Below are positions 56,615 through 64,000 of a stretch of DNA of 64,000 nt, one piece after another. The stretch is from Candidatus Limnocylindria bacterium (lineage in GTDB: Bacteria > Chloroflexota > Limnocylindria > P2-11E), in contig DASYSC010000221.1 in the NCBI GenBank assembly GCA_036003765.1, positions 2,969 through 66,968 of the forward strand, in the 5' to 3' direction. The notes beneath the pieces were generated by a model, which saw only the letters and a program-made list of their open reading frames with translations, was not told the origin of the DNA and did not search any database. Position 1 is the first letter of the stretch. Each line of letters opens with the position of its first letter. The translations under genes were made by a program, and so were the position numbers.

Positions 56615-58404
56615 GTCTCGTCCCCCATCCGCAGCACCGCGAGGAAGGCCTCCTGCGGGATCTCGACGGACCCCACCATCTTCATCCGCTTCTTGCCTTC
56701 CTTCTGCTTTTCGAGGAGCTTCCGCTTGCGGGTGATGTCGCCGCCGTAGCACTTCGCGAGCACGTCCTTGCGTTTCGCCTTCACGGTCTCGCTGGCGATG
56801 ACCTTGCCGCCGATCGCCGCCTGGATGCGCACGTCGAACATCTGCTTGGGGATGAGGCCGCGGAGCTTGGACACGAGCACGCGTCCGGATTGCTGCGCCC
56901 GATCGCGATGCGTGATGATCGAGAGCGCGTCGACGAGGCTGCCGGACACGAGGATGTCGAGGCGCACGAGGTCGGCGGCGCGGTACTCGGCGAACTCGTA
57001 GTCGAGCGACGCGTAGCCCTGCGATCGGGATTTCAACTGGTCGTAGAAGTCGACGATCAACTCCGAGAGCGGCATTTGGTACTTGAGCATCGCGCGCGTC
57101 GGGTCGACGTAGCTCATGTCCAGAAGAGACGCGCGCTTGTTCTGCGCGACCTCCATGACCGCACCAACGTGCGTGGTCGGGACGATGACCGTCACGCTCA
57201 TCCACGGCTCGCGGATCTCGAGGATCGTGCCGGGATCCGGTAAGAGCGCGGGGTTGTCGATCGCGACCTCGGCGCCTTTCTGAGTGATGACGCGGTACTC
57301 GACCGACGGCGAGGTGGCGATGAGCTCGACGTCGTACTCCCGCTCGAGCCGCTCCTGCACGATCTCGAGGTGCAGGAGGCCGAGGAACCCCGCGCGGAAT
57401 CCGAAGCCCAACGCCTGTGAGGTCTCGGGCTCGTAGATGAGCGAGGCGTCGTTGAGGCGGAGCTTCTCGAGGGCGTCCTTGAGCGCGGGATAGTCCTCCG
57501 CGTTCGTCGGATAGAAGCCCGCGAAGACCATCGGCTTGGCCGGTCGGTAGCCGGGGAGCGCCTTCACCGCGGGACGCGCCGCGAGCGTGAGCGTGTCCCC
57601 GACGCGGCAGTCGGCGACGGCCTTGAGTCCCGTCGCCACGTAGCCCACCTCGCCGGTGGCGAGGCGTTCGATCGGGCGTGCGTCGGGCACGAAGACCCCG
57701 AGCTCGAGGAGATCGCTCTCGCGCTCCGTCGCCATGAGCCGGATGCGATCGCCGGCGGCGAGCGCGCCATCCACAACGCGGATGTGCGCGACGACGCCCT
57801 TGTACGCGTCGTAATGCGAATCGAAGATGAGGGCGCCCAGCGGAGCGCTCACGTCTCCGGTCGGGGCGGGGACACGCTCGACGATCGCGTTCAGGAGCTC
57901 CTCGACGCCCGCGCCGGTCTTGCCGGAGACGAGCAGGATCTCGTCGTCGCGGAACCCGAGCGTCATCCGGAGCTCCTCGCGCACGACGTCGAGGTCGATG
58001 TTGGGTAGGTCGATCTTGTTGATGACCGGGATGACCTCGAGGCCCTGCTCCACTGCGAGATACGCGTTCGCGAGCGTCTGCGCCTCGATCCCCTGCGAGG
58101 CGTCGACGAGCAGCACGGCGCCTTCGCACGCCGCGAGCGAGCGGCTCACCTCGTAGGTGAAGTCAACGTGACCCGGCGTGTCGATCAGATTGAGCTCGTG
58201 ATCCCGCCATGCCATGCGGACCGCACGCGCTTTGATGGTGATCCCGTGCTCGCGCTCGAGCACCATGGAGTCGAGGAGCTGCTCGCGCATCTCCCGGAGC
58301 GGCACGGTGCCGGTCATCTCGAGGAGACGGTCGGAGAGCGTGGTCTTGCCATGATCGACGTGCGCGATGACGCAGAAGTTGCGGATGCGCGCGAGGTCGG
58401 CCAT
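56611..58404 (-). CDS. lepA: Elongation factor 4 (LepA)
   Basis: [12 protein letters not shown]-domain and the LepA C-terminal domain. Confidence 0.97.
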   Translation of the reverse strand: MADLARIRNFCVIAHVDHGKTTLSDRLLEMTGTVPLREMREQLLDSMVLEREHGITIKARAVRMAWRDHELNLIDTPGHVDFTYEVSRSLAACEGAVLLVDASQGIEAQTLANAYLAVEQGLEVIPVINKIDLPNIDLDVVREELRMTLGFRDDEILLVSGKTGAGVEELLNAIVERVPAPTGDVSAPLGALIFDSHYDAYKGVVAHIRVVDGALAAGDRIRLMATERESDLLELGVFVPDARPIERLATGEVGYVATGLKAVADCRVGDTLTLAARPAVKALPGYRPAKPMVFAGFYPTNAEDYPALKDALEKLRLNDASLIYEPETSQALGFGFRAGFLGLLHLEIVQERLEREYDVELIATSPSVEYRVITQKGAEVAIDNPALLPDPGTILEIREPWMSVTVIVPTTHVGAVMEVAQNKRASLLDMSYVDPTRAMLKYQMPLSELIVDFYDQLKSRSQGYASLDYEFAEYRAADLVRLDILVSGSLVDALSIITHRDRAQQSGRVLVSKLRGLIPKQMFDVRIQAAIGGKVIASETVKAKRKDVLAKCYGGDITRKRKLLEKQKEGKKRMKMVGSVEIPQEAFLAVLRMGDET

Positions 58405-58642
58405 CGCAAGACAGGCTAGGGCGTTACCCTGCGGGCCATCTCAGGCGCCGGTCTCCAGAACGATCCGCGCGCCCAGCTCTTCTCGCCGCCATCGATCCTG
58501 ATCACGGCGGATTACACGTTGAGCTTCGCCCAGGCGGTCACGTTCCGCCGCTACGGGTTCCTCGCGTCGATCATGCTTTTCGTCGCGATGTACCTCGTCT
58601 GGCACGTCGCGTATGGGAACTCCATCTGCCGCTGCTGACCGG

Positions 58643-60223
58643 TCATCCCGGAGCGGCGGCGGGTCTAGGGCGGAGTCGTGTCCTCACGACGGCGAGGATC
58701 TCGCCGAGCTCACCGATGCGCAGTAGGTACGCCGCGACGAGGTAGACCGATCCGCCCACCGCCGCGGCAAGCAACGTCTGGAGGAGCAGCACCGGCTTCG
58801 AGGGGTCCACGAGGAGGTCGAACGGCAGGTTGGTCACGCGGATGAACCCGAACATCGCGACACCCATGAAGAGACTTGCGCACACCTGCTTCAGGCTCGA
58901 GAGGCCGAGCCCGACCAGTCGTAGCCGCGCGCGAGGCGCGAGCAGCGCGAGCAGGAGCACGGCCTCGACCAGCGTGGAGATCGAGTTCGCGAGCGCGAGG
59001 CCGTTGATGAACAGGATCGGTGCGAGCAGGACGTCGAGCACGATGTTCAGGCCGATAGAAATGAGCGTGAGAGCGAGCGGAGTCGTCGTGTCGCGCGACG
59101 CGTAGTAGGCCCGAGCGATGATCTGTACAAGCGCATGCCCGGCGAGACCGAGTGAGTAGAAGAGGAATGCGGCCTGGGTGGCTTCGCGCGCTTCACTGCC
59201 GAAGTTCCCGTACTGGAAGAGCAGATTCACGATCGGGCGCCGCAACACGATCATCAAGATCACGGTCGGTAAGGTGAGGAACAGGATCCACCGGATCGCT
59301 TGCTGCACCGAGTCGCGCATGCGCGTCACCTGGCCGAGCGAGGCGTAGTGGGAGAGCGTTGGGAAGATGGCAGCGCTGATCGCGATAGAGAAGACGCCGA
59401 GCGGAAGGAGCATGAGCTGGAAGGCGTAGTTGAGGGCCGTGAGTGAGCCCTCCGGCATGCTCGACGCGAGGTTCGTGTCGACAAAGAAGACGATCTGCAC
59501 CGCACCGAGCGCGATCGTGCGCGGCCCCGCGAGCCGCAACACGTCGCGGACGCCCGGATGCGCGAGGTCGAGGGAGAGTGAGTAGCGCGTGCGCCGGAAC
59601 GTCAGCTCAGGGATCTGCACCAGCCACATCACGAGCGCCCCTACGACCACGCCGAGCGCGACGGCTTGGATACCGAGGAACGGTGCGGCGAAAAGTGTGA
59701 ACAGGATGATCACCGCGTTGTAGACCAAAGGTGCGATCGCTCCGGAGAGGAACTGCCGATACGAGTTGAGGATCCCTGTCGTGAGCGACGAGAGACCCAT
59801 GAATATCGGCGACAGCAGCATGAGCCGGGTCAGCTCGATGGTGAGCTCGAGCTGGCCAGGCTTCCCCGCGAAACCGGGCGCGACGACCGTTGGGACCACG
59901 ATCGGCGCGAGCAGCCACATGACGGCCGAGAAAGCGACGAGGAGTACGAGCAGCGCGTTGAGCACGCTCGATGCGACGCGCCAGGCCTCGACCTCCCGCT
60001 CGCGCGCGAGGTACCCCGTGAAAACAGGGATGAACGCCGAGGCGAGCGCGCCGGCGACGAGCAGGCCAAAGATGGCGTCGGGGATCTTGAATGCCGCCCA
60101 GAAGGCGTCGAGCTGCGGCGACTCGCCGAAGGTGGCGCCGATGACCGACAGGCGCAGCCACCCGAGGACGCGGCTCGCGACGAGTGTGGCGATCATGATC
60201 GCCGACGCGCGCGCTACCGACAT
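58643..60223 (-). CDS. murJ: Lipid II flippase MurJ (MviN); start placed at an internal Met so it does not overlap divergent rpsT
   Basis: 14-TM MurJ pattern (SRVLGWLRLSVIGATFG...). Confidence 0.85.
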   Translation of the reverse strand: MSVARASAIMIATLVASRVLGWLRLSVIGATFGESPQLDAFWAAFKIPDAIFGLLVAGALASAFIPVFTGYLAREREVEAWRVASSVLNALLVLLVAFSAVMWLLAPIVVPTVVAPGFAGKPGQLELTIELTRLMLLSPIFMGLSSLTTGILNSYRQFLSGAIAPLVYNAVIILFTLFAAPFLGIQAVALGVVVGALVMWLVQIPELTFRRTRYSLSLDLAHPGVRDVLRLAGPRTIALGAVQIVFFVDTNLASSMPEGSLTALNYAFQLMLLPLGVFSIAISAAIFPTLSHYASLGQVTRMRDSVQQAIRWILFLTLPTVILMIVLRRPIVNLLFQYGNFGSEAREATQAAFLFYSLGLAGHALVQIIARAYYASRDTTTPLALTLISIGLNIVLDVLLAPILFINGLALANSISTLVEAVLLLALLAPRARLRLVGLGLSSLKQVCASLFMGVAMFGFIRVTNLPFDLLVDPSKPVLLLQTLLAAAVGGSVYLVAAYLLRIGELGEILAVVRTRLRPRPAAAPG

Positions 60224-60267
60224 CGGCACCGAGTTGATATTGAGGCATCCGCTATCGTTCGCAGCCG

Positions 60268-60555
60268 ATGGCAACCAAGAAACGCAAGCGCTCGGCCCTC
60301 AAGCGCATCCGGCAGACCCAGCGCCGCACCACCGTGAAGACGATCGGCCGCTCCGCGGCGCGGACGGCCGTGCGCGCCGCGCGCGAGGCGATCGCGAAGG
60401 GCGGCGAGGCGGCATCGGACGTGATCGCGGCGGCCGCCAGCGCCCTCGACCGTGCGGCGAAGCGCGGCGCGATCCACAAGAACAGCGCACGCCGTCGACG
60501 GGGCCGGATCGCGAAGGCCGCGGCGAAGAGCGGGAAAAAGAAGACCTCGACCTAG
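60268..60555 (+). CDS. rpsT: 30S ribosomal protein S20
   Basis: KRKRSALKRIRQTQRRTTVKTIGRSAARTAVRAAREAI is the S20 signature. Confidence 0.9.
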   Translation: MATKKRKRSALKRIRQTQRRTTVKTIGRSAARTAVRAAREAIAKGGEAASDVIAAAASALDRAAKRGAIHKNSARRRRGRIAKAAAKSGKKKTST

Positions 60556-60642
60556 CCTCCGGCAAAAGGGGATGAGGCTCCCCTGAACCGCCGCGCGAGC
60601 GGCTGATGGCCTCTGCCAAATCGAGCTTGGTGGAGGTCAGAC

Positions 60643-61812
60643 GTGGACACGCTCGCGACCGCGACCATCCTGGCGGCCCTCGTCCTCATCGCGTCGATGG
60701 CCAGCGTCGAGTTGGGTATCTCCGTCGCGATCATCGAGATCGCGCTCGGGGTGATCGCCGGCAACCTGTTCGGGCTTACGACCACTCCCTGGATCGACTT
60801 TCTCGCCTCCTTCGGCGGCATCTTCCTGACATTCCTCGCGGGCGCGGAGGTCGAACCGCGCCTCTTGCGCCACCGGTTCCGCGAGTCCGTCGTCCTCGGA
60901 GGTCTCTCCTTCCTCCTGCCTTTCGTGGCGGCCGGCCTCTTCGCGTACTTCATCGCCGGCTGGGATCTTCGCCAATCCGAGATCGCGGGCGTCGCGCTCT
61001 CGACCACTTCGCTGGCCGTCGTGTACGCGGTGCTCGTTGAGACCGGACTCACCGAGACCGAAATCGGCAAGATCATCATGGCCGCGACGTTTGTGACCGA
61101 TCTCGGCACGGCGTCAGCCCTGTCGGTCCTATTCATCCAGCCGAACGCGTACCTTCTGCTCTTCGTCGTCGCGTCGGTCGTCATCGTCGTGACGATGCTC
61201 GCGCTGCAGCCCTGGTTCTTCCGGCGGTACGGGGACCGGGTCATCGAGCCGGAGATCAAGGGCGCCTTCGTGGCGCTCTTCATCCTGATGTGGACCGCCG
61301 ACCTCGCCAAGAGCCACGCCGTCCTGCCCGCGTTCCTACTCGGCCTGGCCGTGGCTCGGGTATTCCGCGCGCATCGGGAGCAGCAGAAGCGCTTCCGCGT
61401 CGTGGCATTCTCTTTCCTGACGCCGTTCTTCTTCTTCGTCAAGGGCGGGATGAACGTGAGCCTCAGCGCGCTCGGGTCGGCGGTTCCGCTGCTCCTCGCG
61501 TTCCTTGCGGTGAAGATCGCGGCGAAGTTCGCCGGCGTCTACCCTCCGGCGCTCCTTTGGCTACGGCCGTATGCGACGTACACGACCCTCCTTATGAGCA
61601 CCGGCCTGACCTTCGGGACGATTTCGTCACTGTATGCACTGAACGCCGGGATCATCGACCGCACGCAATTCTCGGTGCTGATCACGACTGTGATCTGCTC
61701 CGCGATCGTTCCGACGTTCGTGGCGCAGCGCTTCTTCTCGCCGCCGAAGCACGTGCTCAGCGCCGATGAGGCGGAGGCTATCGAGGACGCCGAGTTCGAG
61801 CCGGCTCGCTAG
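60643..61812 (+). CDS. Cation:proton antiporter (CPA1/CPA2-family Na+/H+ exchanger), GTG start
   Basis: 12-13 TM helices. Na_H_Exchanger pattern (LGVIAGNLFG, FLTFLAGAEVE). Confidence 0.75.
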   Translation: MDTLATATILAALVLIASMASVELGISVAIIEIALGVIAGNLFGLTTTPWIDFLASFGGIFLTFLAGAEVEPRLLRHRFRESVVLGGLSFLLPFVAAGLFAYFIAGWDLRQSEIAGVALSTTSLAVVYAVLVETGLTETEIGKIIMAATFVTDLGTASALSVLFIQPNAYLLLFVVASVVIVVTMLALQPWFFRRYGDRVIEPEIKGAFVALFILMWTADLAKSHAVLPAFLLGLAVARVFRAHREQQKRFRVVAFSFLTPFFFFVKGGMNVSLSALGSAVPLLLAFLAVKIAAKFAGVYPPALLWLRPYATYTTLLMSTGLTFGTISSLYALNAGIIDRTQFSVLITTVICSAIVPTFVAQRFFSPPKHVLSADEAEAIEDAEFEPAR

Positions 61813-61818
61813 CTCAGT

Positions 61819-63114
61819 TCAGATCGGGACGAAATAGGTCTCGCAAGCGAGCTCGACGAGCTCCGGCGTGAGCTCCGCCGGCTTGAGTAGGAAGCGCGAG
61901 GCGGCGCCCAGATGCTGAATGAGGTCGCGCGGATGGCACGAGCGCAGCGGGATGCTCCGCTCGCGGCAATACGCCGCGATCCAGTCGGCGGCTTTTGGAT
62001 AGAACGTGATCTTTTGTTTTTCGCAGACGCGGCGCAGGATCTCGGCGAACTCCTGGTCCGTCGGCGGCTTGATCTCGATCTTGTACTGGATGCGCCGCAG
62101 GAACGCCTCGTCGACGAGCGATGATGGTGTCCGGTTCGTCGCGAAGACAAGGAGCACGTCGAAGGGGACCTCGATCTTGCGGCCATCCGAGAGCGTGAGG
62201 AAGTCCACATCGCGGTCCAGCGGGACGATCCATCGGTTGAGGAGCATCTCGGGCGAGGCGCGTTGACGGCCGAAGTCGTCGATGAGCAGCACGCCGCCGC
62301 TCGCCTTCATTTGGAAGGGCGCCTCGTGCACCTTCGACACCCCGTCGAACGTGAGGTCGAGGTCCTCGAGGGTGAGCTCGCCGCCCACCTCGACAAACGG
62401 ACGGTTGACCGGGATCCAGCGCCGATCGAAGCGAGCGTCGAGAGCGATGAGCGGCTTGTGACGCGACGGGTCGAACACGCGGATGAGCTGCTGCCCGACG
62501 AGGATTGAGTACGGCAGAACGATGCTCCCTTTGAGCATCCCCGCCAGCGTCTCCGCGATCGAGGACTTTCCGGTGCCAGGAGGACCGAAGAGGAAGATCG
62601 AGCGACCGCTGTTGATCGCTGGGCCGAGCTGGCGCAGCGTCTTTTCCGGCAGGACGAGGTGACTCAGCGCTTTCCGGATCTCATCGAAGGTGACCTGCAT
62701 GTCGCCGATCGACTGCGCGCGCACGCGATTGACATACGCACCGAGCGTCACTGGCGCGGCGCCGACGTACCCGTTCTTGGCGAATGCCTCGCGGGCGCGC
62801 TCCGCGCCCTTCATCGAGAGGATGTAGACGTAGGTGGCTGCGGCCATACCGGAGCCACCCTTCACCTCGACGAGGTGCTCGCTCTTCAGGAAATCGAGGA
62901 CGCTATGGAGGATCTTGGGGAGCGGAAGGCAGATCGTGTCGGCGAGGTCGGCCGCCGTGGTCTGGCCCTTCTGGTAGAGGATCTTGAGGACGAGGTCGGA
63001 GACGAATTGCCCGGTGAGACCGGTCTCCTCCATGGTCGCCGGAGCCATCGGGGCAGGCGCTTCCGCCTTCGATGGGGCTGCGGTCGCCGGCGCCACGCGT
63101 TCCAGAACTGCCAT
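61819..63114 (-). CDS. Classic-clade AAA ATPase with an N-terminal winged-helix-like domain
   Basis: Walker A LFGPPGTGKSSIAE, Walker B VLLIDDFGRQ, sensor-1/SRH VFATNRTPSSLVDEAFLRR. GGGAGTGAGG RBS. Confidence 0.75.
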   Translation of the reverse strand: MAVLERVAPATAAPSKAEAPAPMAPATMEETGLTGQFVSDLVLKILYQKGQTTAADLADTICLPLPKILHSVLDFLKSEHLVEVKGGSGMAAATYVYILSMKGAERAREAFAKNGYVGAAPVTLGAYVNRVRAQSIGDMQVTFDEIRKALSHLVLPEKTLRQLGPAINSGRSIFLFGPPGTGKSSIAETLAGMLKGSIVLPYSILVGQQLIRVFDPSRHKPLIALDARFDRRWIPVNRPFVEVGGELTLEDLDLTFDGVSKVHEAPFQMKASGGVLLIDDFGRQRASPEMLLNRWIVPLDRDVDFLTLSDGRKIEVPFDVLLVFATNRTPSSLVDEAFLRRIQYKIEIKPPTDQEFAEILRRVCEKQKITFYPKAADWIAAYCRERSIPLRSCHPRDLIQHLGAASRFLLKPAELTPELVELACETYFVPI

Positions 63115-63469
63115 TCCTCACTCCCGCCCGTAATCGCGTTCGGGTGAGTTTAGGGGCGCTTGCTCTCCCCTCGGTGGGGGAAACGTAACGGTTGATACGG
63201 GCTCGCCTGTCAGCAAGTAACGCCGGAGACGGTCAGGCCGCTCGGTCCGGCCTACCATCGTCCTAGGCCTAATCCTCGCGGAGCGGGGGAACCACCTTCC
63301 GGGGCGAACCTGCGAGAGCACTGGGCGCTATGCACGCCGCCCAAGCCCGACAGCTCACCACGCAGGCTCCGCGTGAACCGACCGCGGAGGTCCATCGATG
63401 TTCGCGATCCTCGACCGCGTCTTCTTCCTTCAGTGCGCCCGCGGCGAGCACCGCCACCCGGGCTCGGCA

Positions 63470-63490
63470 GCAAGACGGCCTAAAGGCCGT
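63470..63490 (-). terminator. Hairpin (ACGGCC-UUUA-GGCCGU) overlapping the stop codon of the PEP-utilising-enzyme gene
   Basis: Seen in the sequence. The U-tract is weak (CUUGCUG). Confidence 0.35.
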
Positions 63491-64000
63491 TAGCGCTCGA
63501 CCGCGACCGTCCCCGCGGACCCGTCCACGACGACCTTCTCGCCGGTCGCGATCCGGCCGGTCGCGTCGGGCACTCCGACCACCGCGGGTATTCCGTACTC
63601 GCGAGCCACGACGGCGCCGTGCGACATCATCCCGCCCATTTCCATCACCAAGGCGCCCGCGGTGAGAAAGAGCGGCGTCCAGCCGGGATCTGTCGACGGC
63701 GCAACGAGGACCTCTCCCGGCTCGAGCCGCGCGCCAGCGGGCGAGAGGATGACGCGGGCGACGCCCCGCGCGACACCTGGCGACGCGGGCGTGCCGCGGA
63801 TCGCGCCGTCCGCGGACGATGGCAGCAGCGTCTCGGCATCGGTCCCGTCCGAGAGGAGCACGCGCGGGATGCGACGGCGCGCGAGCTCGCGCCGGTAGGT
63901 CGCGCGCCGCTCGGCGACGATCGCTCGTAGATCCGCGCCCGCGATCGCGCGTCGCGCCTCCGGCAAGGTAAGGAAGAAGATGTCGTCGGCGCCGATCAAC
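63490..64000 (-). CDS. PEP-utilising-enzyme mobile (swivel His) domain protein, C-terminal fragment (PpsA-like/rifampin-phosphotransferase-family architecture); N-terminus lies beyond the window
   Basis: APSTDPGWTPLF...GALVMEMGGMMSHGAVVAREYGIPAVVG is the PEP-utilisers mobile domain at the extreme C-terminus. Confidence 0.7.
   Translation of the reverse strand, partial: LIGADDIFFLTLPEARRAIAGADLRAIVAERRATYRRELARRRIPRVLLSDGTDAETLLPSSADGAIRGTPASPGVARGVARVILSPAGARLEPGEVLVAPSTDPGWTPLFLTAGALVMEMGGMMSHGAVVAREYGIPAVVGVPDATGRIATGEKVVVDGSAGTVAVER

Noticed and set aside
56615-58129. N-terminal about 500 aa of the 695-aa minus-strand ORF 56042..58129
   Set aside because: This is an alternate frame of lepA (Arg-rich nonsense). 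Only the last 190 codons (56042-56614) lie outside lepA and look genuine.
1-64000. Mobile elements (transposase, integrase, phage genes), rRNA and tRNA genes
   Set aside because: No transposase/integrase/recombinase motifs were found in any frame. Intergenic regions are too short, or lack T-loop (GTTCGAATCC-like) signatures, for tRNAs. No rRNA-like conserved stretches are present.

Overview
This is a high-GC (about 70%) bacterial chromosomal window with a compact genome and many ATGA/GTGA overlapping gene junctions. It looks like Actinobacteria, Thermoleophilia or Chloroflexi. Most content is housekeeping: mfd-pth, glnA, amt, the hrcA-grpE-dnaK and dnaJ-prmA-rsmE heat-shock operons, phoH-pgpH-ybeY, rpsU, rpsT, lepA-hemW and murJ. 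The main recognisable operons are: (1) a TPP riboswitch with a terminator expression platform in front of thiN-ykoFEDC (thiamine pyrophosphokinase plus the YkoFEDC thiamine/HMP ECF-type transporter); (2) an arsR-SRPBCC-VOC operon with a perfect 18-bp palindromic operator over its promoter; (3) an 11-gene minus-strand cluster livG / acyl-CoA ligase / livH / livM / SBP / livF / paaK / paaI / HIT, probably for aromatic-acid uptake and activation; (4) a vapBC toxin-antitoxin pair next to a soluble tandem-GAF histidine kinase and OmpR regulator, divergent from an ABC-2 exporter that is translationally coupled to a stand-alone ClpX-type zinc-finger protein; (5) an 897-aa membrane-anchored bacterial collagen-like protein (28 Gly-X-Y triplets plus FN3-like repeats); (6) a cupredoxin/YHS/membrane-protein copper-like cluster. 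I did not find a CRISPR array, transposase/integrase or rRNA/tRNA gene. I cannot confidently name one single novel system. The best candidates for follow-up are the ClpX-zinc-finger/ABC-2/GAF-TCS module, the 30-bp direct-repeat-flanked ORF inserted between lepA and hemW (sharing a GC palindrome with the thiamine leader), the collagen-like protein, and the 375-bp structured untranslated region upstream of an AAA ATPase. Many long ORFs in the six-frame track are antisense or alternate-frame high-GC artefacts and were rejected.
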